Position numbers and translations under genes: made by a program | Shown: positions 1-11,400 of the stretch, piece after piece | How the letters are laid out: each line of letters begins with the position of its first letter | Position numbering within the stretch: position 1 is the first letter of the stretch | The notes under the pieces: model-generated | The model's input: the letters and a program-made list of their open reading frames with translations, nothing else | Databases searched by the model: none | What the model was told of the DNA's origin: nothing | Origin: Nemertoderma westbladi | Lineage: Eukaryota; Animalia; Xenacoelomorpha | Length of the DNA: 55,233 nt | Reading direction: 5' to 3' | Assembly: GCA_032718475.1 (NCBI GenBank) | Contig: JAUCBJ010006519.1 | Location: 1 to 55,233, forward strand

Positions 1-761
1 TAGATTTAAGTAATCAAGACCCCACAGACCAAACTATTAGAGTAGAAAGACTCCCTACTATAGTAGACGAGCCCGAAATAATTAGGCCTGTCATTGAAGC
101 CACTCCTGGGATAGAGACCTTTGTACTTCCAGAACCTAACTCTAAATTCCCTTTGCACAGTACTAAACTACCTGTGCCCAGTAAACAAGCTCCGGAATCA
201 CTCCCAGTCCTGGACGCCGAGCAAGACATAAATGATTTGTCTCCCGTCGTCCCTACGCGTCACCCCGCTACTATGATGGCGGCTCCCGCTTCAGCAGTTG
301 AGTGGGTGGATGAGGGATGGCGGGGGATGAATCACCTGCTCGGGCAACTGGAAGACCATAAACAAAGGTCTTCACAGCAGGTCCGAGAATTGGAAGGGAC
401 TGTTCAGCTGTTAAAGGGAACAGTGAGAGAGAGTAGGTTAGAGTTGCAAGAAGTACAACAGAGTATCGCTTTAGAGCACGATAAATTAGTAAATATAAGA
501 CAAGTACACAAGACATAGAGACAAGACGGATTAAGACAAGTTTTGGATACACTAAACATCAGGTATGGTAATAGGACTAATATAGCTAGGTATTTGTATG
601 CGAAATTAGTAGCGCCCAGAAAGTTTCTTAGCAGCGGGATTATAGAGTTTTCCGATGAGATTCAGGAGATCTGTAGACAGCTAGATTGGTTAGGTAAGTC
701 TCAGGAATACCAGAGTTCTATGGTTGTTGGAGCCGTAGCATCTACTTTGCCAAAGGGTGGA
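1..761 (+). pseudogene. gag: gag fragment of element B with ~460-bp internal deletion
   Basis: Aligns to 10025-11218 of A (HSTKLPVPS..., DTLNIRYGNR...); deletion near 497-525. Confidence 0.9.
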
Positions 762-1973
762 TGTAAAGGCTTTTGCGGAATTAGCTAGTCATTTTCCCCG
801 CAAAGTACTCTGTAGATGTTTTAACGGACATAAAAAGCCGTTTCCTTACTGTACCGGTGTTTTAGTGGACATAAAAAGCTATTTTTCTGCATGTGTACTT
901 TAGCGGACATAACTAGCGATTTTATGCCGCAATACGCCAAAATACTCTTAATCCAGTGTAGTTCAGATTACGACATCTATCAGCTGATTTGGTGTACTCG
1001 TGGAGCTTTCTTTGTTCAGGCTCACTCTGTTCACTCACTCGACCAATCAGAGCGATTTTCATTTTATTTGCACAGAGGCCTCCGGGAAATCGCGCAATGC
1101 ATTATGGTTTATGTTTACCTTTTTTCTTGATGCCAGAACATCGGCTTTGGAATTATTCTGTGTTTCAGACTTTAGCCAAACATTAGAACGGCTTTGATTA
1201 CCGAAACGTATAACTGTTATCATACCTATCAAACCTGGCACCTCAAACCTCAACAAGTCATACCAGTACATATCAAACTGTACATGCCTTTCACCGCATT
1301 ATTTTACTGCTATTTACTGTCGGTTATTAATTGTATCAGTTGATGGAATGTTGTTATATTTGGATAATATCGATAAATAATCATAAAACCCCATCTTCTT
1401 GATATACTGAAGGTAAGAGACCGGATACATATAGCAATTGCGACTTACATTATATTGGTTTTGGAGTGAATCTAATGCTATTTCATAGGCACTACATGTG
1501 TCAAATGCTGTTCTCTTTATATGTGACTAAAATTAGTGAAGGTCGGCAGATTGGTATGCAGCATTGTGCGATAGTGTACATGAGTGTGACAGATAACAAA
1601 GCATCTCCTAAAGAATGCGCCTTATACGTGAATCAATAGCCATCCCATTGTGTTTAGTATAAGTCATAACTCTGTTTACATATTTAGAGCGCCATGTCCT
1701 AAAGGAACTGTTAATATTTCCCGAAAGTGAATAATGTTTGTCAGAGATTATATATTAACGATCAATCGAATAATACAGTAGGCTTACACCGCAATAAGGT
1801 CAGAGCTTCCGAATCCAGTCTCCCGGGTAAATCCAGCGGGTGAATGGTCGCGCATAGGCTGGCTTTGGCTAATGTAGTGTATCAAATACTCGTCATAGGC
1901 TAAAGTCGATTTATAACTTAGAAGACACCTAAAATTAGCGGGTTAAACTGCTAAAAGTCTAAAAGCGCGAACA
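762..1973 (+). repeat. 5' LTR of element A
   Basis: TGTAAAGGC...GCGCGAACA; ~15 substitutions and 3 small indels versus 22111-23324. Confidence 0.96.
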
Positions 1974-2489
1974 ATAACATTTATAGCTTCTTTATTGCAG
2001 TAAGCAATAAAGCTGAAGTACCGGTCAACCAGTAACCAGTAGGCCTGACTGCCTAACCCCCCGGACCAGTACTCACAGCAGTACAGGTACATCAGTATTA
2101 TTCAATTTTGATAATCATATACCGATAGGTCTTAATATTTAATCAGGGAGGGCCCGCCCTGGTTTTTTATTGGGATTTTACTTATTTCTGTCAGTTTTAT
2201 TTATTTGTAGGCTAATATTGAGCAGAAGGCGTGTAAGCCTGCTCAGATTGTACAGACAATTTGTAGGCTGGACTGTTGTCTGACTGTTGTTAGGTCTGAA
2301 GGGATTGCAGTGTGTGTAGAGTGTATGTCCGATAAAGTACTAGTTAGGAACATGGTGGGCATCTTGAGTTGTAAGGTAAATCCCCCCGAAAGAATAAGTC
2401 GTACTACTAGGTTAGAACGCATACTAACTAACCATTTCGGAGTCTGCATATACTGTAGTTTATTTAGGCTTGATAGTAGTCTGTCAGCC

Positions 2490-2660
2490 TGTTATAATTA
2501 ATCAGCTATCTTTATACTGCTGTTCAGTACACCTGTATACTGCTCATCAGTATACCGGTATTCTCATATTTACTTATGTATTGTATGTCTCGTAAAGCCA
2601 TACTTGTGGTCTTTATATTATATTGTTTGTTACTCATCACCTCGTCATTCTTTCATTACA
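2490..2660 (+). repeat. Gypsy 5' LTR
   Basis: TGTTATAATT...TTCATTACA, matches 6636-6806. Confidence 0.96.
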
Positions 2661-2661
2661 A

Positions 2662-2679
2662 TTTACGAGACATACAATA
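2662..2679 (+). promoter_or_regulatory. Self-complementary primer-binding site (non-tRNA)
   Basis: TTTACGAGACATACAATA, 1 nt after LTR, is the exact reverse complement of LTR bases 2579-2596. Confidence 0.8.
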
Positions 2680-2697
2680 ACTCAGTTTCATGGTATA

Positions 2698-3558
2698 ATG
2701 GAAAAATTTATGCGTCCAGATCGTTTCGATGTCAATCCAAATTCGGTTACTGCAAACAAGGAATGGGTTCACTGGTTTCGAACCTTTACCAACTTCATGG
2801 ATTCTGTCACAACGTTAAATCCGAAGAAGTTTGACACTCTTATTAATTACGTGTCGCCCGCTGTGTATGAGTACATTGCAGATTGTACAACATATGATAA
2901 CGCTATAACGATCCTTCGTAATCTCTATGTCAAGCCGAAAAATGAAATTTTCGCTCGTCATCAACTTGCAACGAGGAAACAGCAATCAGGCGAATCAATC
3001 AACGAGTTTCTTCAGTCTCTGCGTCAGCTCTCAAAGGATTGCAATTTTACACCCGTAGATGCAAATAAACACTGTGAAGAATCAATACGCGACTCTTTTA
3101 TCTCAGGTTTATCTTCGACTATCATCCGACAACGATTATTAGAGAATGCAACACTAGATTTGCAGTCCGCACATGATCAAGCTCGTGCATTGGAACTTGC
3201 TCATAAACATTCCGAGTTTTATGCTCAGCCATCTGCATCTGCCAATGACAATATTGCAGCTGTTCCATCTAATGAGGACAATAACTATGGTACCGGTACC
3301 GGTACCGGTAACGAATTCTCAGCAATGGCATATGGTAAAAAAAGTTGCTATTTCTGTGGAAATTCTTATCATCAAAGGCAGTTCTGTCCTGCAAGTCGAG
3401 CTAACTGCACTAAGTGTAGCAAACCAGGCCATTTCGCTAAAGTTTGTCGAAGTGGGGGCGGAATTGGACCAGGTAGCGGTAGCAGTAGGTACAACAGTAG
3501 TACCAGTTCCAGCAGGGTAAAGCAATCAGCAGCAATTAATGATTTTAGCTATATATAG
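2698..3558 (+). CDS. gag: Gypsy Gag
   Basis: ATG at 2698 (MEKFMRPDRFD), RKQQSGESINEF capsid-like motif, two knuckles CYFCGNSYHQRQFC and CTKCSKPGHFAKVC. Confidence 0.9.
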   Translation: MEKFMRPDRFDVNPNSVTANKEWVHWFRTFTNFMDSVTTLNPKKFDTLINYVSPAVYEYIADCTTYDNAITILRNLYVKPKNEIFARHQLATRKQQSGESINEFLQSLRQLSKDCNFTPVDANKHCEESIRDSFISGLSSTIIRQRLLENATLDLQSAHDQARALELAHKHSEFYAQPSASANDNIAAVPSNEDNNYGTGTGTGNEFSAMAYGKKSCYFCGNSYHQRQFCPASRANCTKCSKPGHFAKVCRSGGGIGPGSGSSRYNSSTSSSRVKQSAAINDFSYI

Positions 3559-6522
3559 GACAATGAGTTTTTAGCCGCTATCTACCCTAAAAACGTTTCC
3601 GCTGCTGCTAGTGAATGTCCTAAATCTCTTTCAAAGGCTATTGTTAATATCAAAATAAAAGTACAACAAGTTAATGCACTAGTTGATACGGGTAGTTCAG
3701 GAAATTATATAACAGAACCTCTTACTTCTCGGCTACAAATTTCCATTCAACCTGGAGGAGGAGAAGTCTCTATGGCTGCACCTTCTTTATCGACTCCAAT
3801 ATTGGGTCAGTGTTCTTTAACTATCAATCTTAATGGCCAACGATACGAGGAAGTTCAGTTCGATGTTCTACCATCTCTTTGCTCCGAAGTAATCCTCGGT
3901 CAATGATTTATGAAACGGCACTCTAGTGTTACTCTTAGTTTTGGTGGTGACCTTCCAACTTTAGATATATGTAGTCTCACTATAGTATCTACATCGGCAC
4001 CAACTGTATTTGCACATATTTCACCGGATTGTCAACCAATTGCTACTAAATCAAGGAGGTTTAATGATTCTGATCAACAATTTATTGAAATCGAAATTCA
4101 AAAACTACTCAAGGATGGTATCATTGAACGAAGCCAGTCACCTTGGCGAGCTCAAGTCGTCATCGCAGATGATGGAAGACATAAGAAGCGTCTTTGTGTT
4201 GATTATTCACAAACCATAAACCGATTTACTTATCTGGATGCATATCCCCTCCCTAGAATCGATGATATGGCTAATAACATTGCTCAGTATGAGGTCTTCA
4301 GCACACTCGACCTAAAGAGTGCATATCATCAAATCCCATTACTCTGTGAGGATAAGATTTATACTGCTTTCGAGGCTAATGGATGCCTTTATCAATTCAC
4401 TAGACTTCCATTTGGATTGACAAACGCCGTCGCCAGTTTTCAGAGGAAAATGGATGAATTTGTCAAGGATGAGAATCTATCGGACACATTTGTGTATCTC
4501 GATAACATAACTATTGGTGGTAGAAACCAGGAGGAACACGATACTAACCTAAATCGATTACTCGCTGCTGCTAAGAAGAATAATCTTACCTTTAACCATG
4601 ATAAAAGCATTATATCCAAATCGTCTATCAACCTTCTTGGTTACGTTATTTCCCATAACGAACTCAGGCCTGATCCCGAACGACTGAAACCTCTCCGAGA
4701 TCTTCCCATCCCAACCGATAATAAATCGCGACAACGTGCTATGGGATTGTTCTCGTATTATTCGCAATTTATTTGCAATTTCTCTGCTAAAATAGGTCCT
4801 CTTGTTAAATCAGCATTTCCTTTGGGCAAAGAAGCTAAGGATGCCTTTGAGCTACTCAAAAAGGAAATTGAAGAAGCTGTTGTCTACTCTATAGATGAAG
4901 ATATCCCATTTGTTGTTGAAACAGATGCTTCAGATTTTGCTATTGCGGCTACACTAAATCAACGGGGTCGCCCTGTCGCCTTCTTCTCAAAAACTCTCAG
5001 TGGTTCGGCTATTAAACAGGCAAGTGTAGAGAAAGAAGCCCAGGCCATTATAGATGCTGTTCGGAAATGGAAGCATTATCTTACGGGTCGACATTTTACG
5101 TTAGTGACCGATCAAAGGTCCGTGGCTTACATGTTTGATTCTAAGAACAAAGGAAAAATTAAAAACGATAAAATAATGAGGTGGCGAACTGAACTCGGCT
5201 GCTATAGCTATGACATCATATACAGACCTGGAAGTGAAAATCTCCCTGCTGATGCTCTGTCTCGATCAAGTTGCGCAGCCCTACTCCTTCAGCCACTCGG
5301 TCGCCAATCTAATGACAATGTTAATGTTGATAAATGTTGCTTCACTGATACTGGGTCCATTGAATCGCTGGCGTCGCTCCACAATGCTTTGTGCCATCCA
5401 GGAGTTACTCGTATGTTACACTTCATCAGATGTAAAAATTTACCCTATTCAACCAATGATGTCAAAAGTGTGATTAGGAATTGCCCATCATGCGCTGAGG
5501 TTAAACCCCGTTTTTGCAAACCTCCTACAAGTCACTTAATCAAAGCTACTCAGCCTTTCGAACGACTTAATATTGATTTTAAAGGACCCCTTCCATCGAA
5601 TACTAATAATGAATATATATTAACAATTGTAGACGAATTCTCCAGATTCCCATTCGCTTATCCATGCCCTAATGTTGCAACTAAGACAGTTATTAGTTGC
5701 CTTACGCAATTATTTTCGATATTTGGAATGCCTGCTTTCGTTCATTCCGATAGGGGAAGCTCATTAATATCAGAGGAGCTGAAATCATGGCTGTATAAAC
5801 ATGGTGTCGCAACTAGCAGAACTACACCATACAACCCTAGAGGAAATGGGCAAGTTGAAAGATATAACGGCATTATATGGAAAGCAATAACGTTAGCTTT
5901 GAAATCCCGGAACCTACCCAGCAAATGTTGGCAAACCGTTATTTTTGATGCATTGCATTCTATTCGGTCTTTACTGTGCACTTCCACAAACGCTACTCCA
6001 CATGAGAGATTCTTTAATTATCAGAGACGATCTAGTGCTGGTCAATCAATACCGTCGTGGTTAGCTGAACCAGGGCCAGTTTTGGTTAAGAAACATGTTC
6101 GAGCCAGCAAATACGACCCATTGGTGGAAGAAGCTGAATTAATAGAAGCGAATCCTCAGTATGCGTTCGTTAAATTTGCATCAGGACGAGAATCGACTGT
6201 TTCAATTAAAGACCTGGCCCCCCGTGGTATTACAACGCAGTCTCAGATGAGAACCACTGATGGACCACCATCGGTAATCAGGACCACCGATGACGCTATA
6301 GATCAACCGAATCTAACCGCTGGGAATGATAGTTTACAACTATCTCCACTTGGCATCGAAACTGAAAGTATTGCCGATACCGACATACATGAGGTAGAAG
6401 TAACAGCACATGGCAGAGACCCCAAAATCCAATCACCTAGGCAATCTACTACTACTAGGTATTATCGACCAACCCGCAGTCATAAACCACCAATACGATA
6501 TGGTTATGATACCAATCATTGA
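3559..6522 (+). pseudogene. pol: Gypsy Pol (PR-RT-RNase H-IN), in frame with gag; stops at 3556 and 3904
   Basis: ALVDTGSS protease, LDLKSAYHQ / LPFGL / YLDN RT, TDAS RNase H, HHCC and GQVERYN integrase. Confidence 0.93.
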
Positions 6523-6635
6523 ACAACTGTAATAAAACAAAAACTGTAATACTGTATAGAGTATAACAATAACTGTAAATTGAAAAAACCATTTATGATT
6601 TTTTTGTTTAGTGATTTTTTTTTGGATGGGGAGAA

Positions 6636-6806
6636 TGTTATAATTAATCAGCTATCTTTATACTGCTGCTCAGTACACGTGTATACTGCTCATCAGTATA
6701 CCGGTATTCTCATATTTACTTATGTATTGTATGTCTCGTAAAGCCATACTTGTGGTCTTTATATTATATTGTTTGTTACTCATCACCTCGTCATTCTTTC
6801 ATTACA
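6636..6806 (+). repeat. Gypsy 3' LTR
   Basis: Matches 2490-2660; preceded by PPT 6624-6635. Confidence 0.96.
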
Positions 6807-8131
6807 CAGCCTTTAGTCTGTATTTTGTTTGTGTAGTCTGTACAGGTACCGTAATATTTATTATTCAGATAATTTGTAGGCTGGATTGTTGTCTGGCTGT
6901 TATTAGGTCTGAAGAGATTGCGGTGTGTGTAGAGTGTCTGTCCGATAAAGTACTAGTTAGGAACGTGGGGGCAGCCAGTGCTGTAAGGTAAATCCCCCCC
7001 CCCCCCCCCCCGAAAGAATAAGTTGTACTACTCGGTTAGAACGCATACTAACTAACCATTTCAGAATCTGCACATACTGTAGTTTATTTAGGCTTGATAG
7101 TAGTCTGCCAGCGTTTGGTTTGTATTTTGTTTGAGTAGTCTGTACGGGTAGCGTAATATTTATTATTCAGAGTTTATGCGATTATTTGCAACATTCACGA
7201 CCCCAAGTTTATTCCTACAGTAATTGTGCTTGTTATACATACCGTTATAGTTAAATTAACCCCGGTACTACATCAGGGCTGCTTGGCGTAGGTAAAGACT
7301 GGAGATTTTATGCTCTGGTCACTCCGGCAGATACCGTGGTTCTTTTAGCTGTACAAGTATTTTTAACTGCTGGTTATTTGTTATACAAGTACTTGTACCT
7401 AATTTAGGGTTTAGTGTACAGTGCTTTCCGAAAGTAATTTAGTTTGTAGGCAGTATATTTGTGTTGTAAAGTGGTTAATAGGCACGTTGGCTCTGGTAGG
7501 CCGTGGTAATTGACCTCTAGGTAGGAACACTCTATGAAACATAACGTAGTACTTATAGCGATACGGCTATAAGTCTTCAGACGGTGGTATTTTTCCTATC
7601 TGGACAACGCAATATATTTACTACTGCTTATTATTTTCAAATACCGTAGTATCCTGTACGTTGTAATAACCAGATTTTCTAACCCTTTGTTAGGCTGGTT
7701 TGTAGACTTCTTGTAAAATTAACCCTAAAAATTTGTACGTGTAATTTTTGTGTTTATTTCGAGATTGTAATCTCACCCCGAATTGTACGTAATTTGTAGT
7801 AATAAGTAACTTAGGCAAGTATAAATTATTTGTTTAGTGTCCAACAAGTAGCACTTCACTGAGAGCGCACAGCTTCTGTGTAGTGACTCCTTCCCAGAAA
7901 CGATAACATTTGTTTCAAATATTGGCAAACCCCATTAAAAGGGTATATATATATTATAAATCAACTCAAATCGATTTATAAAATAGTAGGCCTGTCATAC
8001 AACAATTAGGTCTTAATATCAGTTGGACTACTGCTTAAATAATGGTAATAAAGTCAAGTAAAGTAACTAAGTAACCCTTAAAAATTCAGAAATTCAATTA
8101 TTCTAAAATAATTGACATACCAGTACTTACA

Positions 8132-8368
8132 ATAGGCTTATTATATTTATTCTATAAATTTAAGCTGAAATTATATACCGGTATTCTGTAATTAATTCTA
8201 GTCTATAATTATACTTATATATACTATAAGTGTAAGCTGTATACCGGTATTCACGATAGGCTTATTATATATCTATATATTTGTGCTGAAATTATATACC
8301 GGTATTCTGTGACAAACCTAGTCAGTAATAATACTTATATATATACTATAAGTGTATACCGGTATTCT
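8132..8368. repeat. ~125-bp AT-rich tandem duplication with four ATACCGGTAT palindromes
   Basis: ATAGGCTTATTATA...TATACCGGTATTC occurs twice. Confidence 0.8.
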
Positions 8369-8497
8369 AATATTATATATTGCATTACATTCAGTAACGG
8401 TATCGGTAATTGATCACTAGGTTTACAGTTTATACTGAATTACTAGACTTGCTTTAACTGTAGTTCTAGCAGTAGGCATTCAACTGTATAAACAAAC

Positions 8498-11400
8498 ATG
8501 TCTGACGCAAAGCAAAACCTGTCAGACAGTCTCCTAGATACCTGTGACCCAGATAGGAGTGTGGAACGTTTGAGACCGAAGTTCAGCTCACCTCCTACTG
8601 TAAGAAAAGTCATCCCTCCAGTAGTAGTATCAGACCCTAGGCTAATCCAGCACCGCAGGTCTATCATAGGCACTTGGGCTCAAGTAAAGCGGGATCAAGA
8701 AGCAGCTGTCAGACAGCAGCAACACCCGAGCTGAGAACTTATTTCTCAGCGACCAGAAAGCTCTAGTAGTTCGGATACTGTAGAGCTGACACCCGAGCGC
8801 GGAGCAAAGATGGCAGATGCAGTTTATTCGGATCCCCTTCTCATCCTTCCTGCAGCCTTACTCACTAGGGTATTGATTGCGGTGGAGGAACACCAAATTG
8901 ATTGGGCGAGAGGTAGGCGATCGACCAAGGACAGTTATGCGGGATACGCCAAGGAGGAACTGAAGTCTATTGTCGAGTCGCAATGGAACTTCCCCGGACC
9001 CGGACTCCCGTTTGACTTATCGGAAGCTGCCTGGGAAGACATACACAGGATGGGAGTGACAAAAGACATTAGTTATCCAGCTGTGTGGAAGAGGTCGGCA
9101 GCAGGATATGTACAGGGATTCTTCAACTCTTTGGAGCGAGTAGAAGAACAACTGTTTCGACAACCCCAAGGACCTCAAGAGCAGGGAGAGCTGCTTTATC
9201 AAGTTAGAGAAAGAATTCTAAGAATCAGACTAATCCTATCGGCCTTTGAGGAAGCTTCGAAAAGAAGACAGGACACGTCGTTGCAAGTTGCCGTCAAGAC
9301 TTGGTTCCAGCGGGTGAGTCTCAGTGTTCAAGGAACAGCCCAGTGGAAATCTCAGTTGGCTGAGCGCTCAACCCATGGAGAATCAACAGACACTACCTTT
9401 TCTCAAGTAAAAAGTGAAGCGACAGCAGAGAAACCGCATGAGAGGGACGCTATTGACATCTATCTGTCAGACTATCAACGATTTCTAGGTGATCAAGAGT
9501 TAAGGAGAAGGTTAGATGGACTTCGTCCTAATAGTGAAGGAGCCAAGTTGGTGTTGGACGCAATAGATGCGGAAATGTTAGCTGCAAACCAAGCTAAATT
9601 TGATGAAAGCATCCGCATCGCTAGGGTTCAAGAAGAACAAGTAAAGAAAAAACGTATAGAAGACAGAAAGATAGCAGCAGCGGCAGCGGCAGAGATAGAA
9701 GCGGAAAGAAAAGTGGCAGAAGTGGAAAGAAAGCGAGCAATAGCAGAAGCAGAACGGAGGGCGTCTGAAGAGACTGCCCAACTAGAGTTGGAAAATCTTC
9801 AAGAGAAGCAAGACTTCATCGATAAACAGAGAACAGCTAGTCAGTGGCAGATGATAAGTAAATCTACTCCCAAAAGACAAGGATTTACATCATCCGATGA
9901 AGGCGACACCACAGATCCTGTAGGTGGAGGAAATAGATCTCGTTCCAGTAGGCGTAGAAGAACGCCCCATCATCAGAAATTGCCTGATTTGCCCCCAGCT
10001 GTTAGAAGGCAACTAACTAGCACAGACTTAGGTAGTACAGAACCCACAGACCAAATTATTAAAATAGAAAGACTCCCTACTATAGTAGATGAGCCTGAAA
10101 TAATTAGGCCTGTTCTCTAAGCCACCCTTTCGGTGATAGAGACACCTGTACTCCCAGAACCTACCTCTAAATTCCCTTTGCACAGCACAAAACTACCTGT
10201 GCCCAGCAGAACTACCCCTGAGACAGTTCCTGTCCTGGACTCCGAGCGAAATATTAATGATTTGTCGCCCGTTGTCCCCCGTCCGCCCGCTACTATGTTA
10301 GCGGCTCCCGCTTCAGTGGGCGAGTGGGTTGATGAGGGACGGCGGGAGATGAGTCTCTTGCTCGGCCAGATGAGAGAACACCGGGCGTGTTCCTCACAGC
10401 AGGTCAGGGAGTTGGAAGGGACTGTTCAGCAGTTGAAGGGCACAGTAAGAGAAGGTAGGATAGAGTTGCAAGAGTTGCAGCAGAGTATCGCATTAGAACA
10501 CGATAAATTAGTGAATATACAAAAGGGTATACCACCATCCCCTGTAACAATGTGTCAACCTGTTAGGTCTGAAGTATTTCATGCGCAAGGTGTGGAGCCT
10601 ACACGCATCTATACTGCTAGTGAAGTAGAAACTCCTATAGTCAACCCTATTAAGGGTAATTATAAACCTGTTGACAATGATATTCCATATAGACCTGATC
10701 ATAATCCGAGAAATTTATATACTGATAACTCGATATTAAATAATACGATGGCCCAAGAAAGTTTTACCCATCAAATGGCTAGAACCGAAGCCCTTCAAGC
10801 GGTAAAGGTGGGAGAGATCGTTAAATTCAACGGAGATGAGATGAAATGGTTACCTTTTAATGAATATTATAAAGATAACGTACAGAACTCTGTGCTATCT
10901 AATGGAGAGAAACTTAGATTCCTCATCGAATGCTTGGAAGGATCTCCCAAGTTAATGGCGTTAAAGTTTATTGGACATCCAGATGGATTAAGACAAGTTT
11001 GGGATACATTAAACATCAGGTATGGTAATAGGAATAACATAGCTAGGTATTTGTATGCAAAATTGGTAGCGCCCCGAAAGTTCATTAGCAGCGGGATTAT
11101 CGAGTTTTCCGATGAGATTCAGGAGATCTGTAGACAATTAGATTGGCTAGGTAAGTCTCATGAATATCAGAGTTCTATGGTTATTGGAGCCGTAGCATCT
11201 ACTTTGCCGAAGGGTGGAGTAGGTACACGCTGGGACAAGAAAGTATTATATATGATGGAGCAACAACGACGAGACCCTACCATGGCTGATCTCATGTCAT
11301 TCTTGGATGGCGAGGTAAAATAACAGCTCCTAAAGCAGTCCAGAGAGAAGACAACGGAAAATAAGGTAAGTGAGAAACCCGTTTCTAGGAGAAAGGTAAC

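Larger units (their letters stand above)
2490..6806 (+). mobile_element. Ty3/Gypsy LTR retrotransposon with 171-bp LTRs
   Basis: LTR pair with 2 mismatches, TSD CAGCC (2485-2489, 6807-6811), PPT GGATGGGGAGAA, gag/PR/RT/RH/IN. Confidence 0.96.
2250..7170 (+). repeat. ~300-bp tandem duplication in 5' leader of A (first copy split by the Gypsy insertion)
   Basis: 2250-2489 plus 6812-6868 is repeated at ~6869-7170. Confidence 0.85.

Noticed and set aside
891-1271. Short ORFs in LTRs (also 22240-22549, 35367-35988, 46706-47320)
   Set aside because: Frames differ between LTR copies through indels; no motifs.
2141-2168. Bacterial intrinsic terminator (hairpin + T run)
   Set aside because: Eukaryotic retroelement leader; no prokaryotic gene context.
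3556-3558. Programmed UAG readthrough between Gypsy gag and pol
   Set aside because: A second stop at 3904 shows this copy is decayed; cannot be told from a nonsense mutation without other copies.
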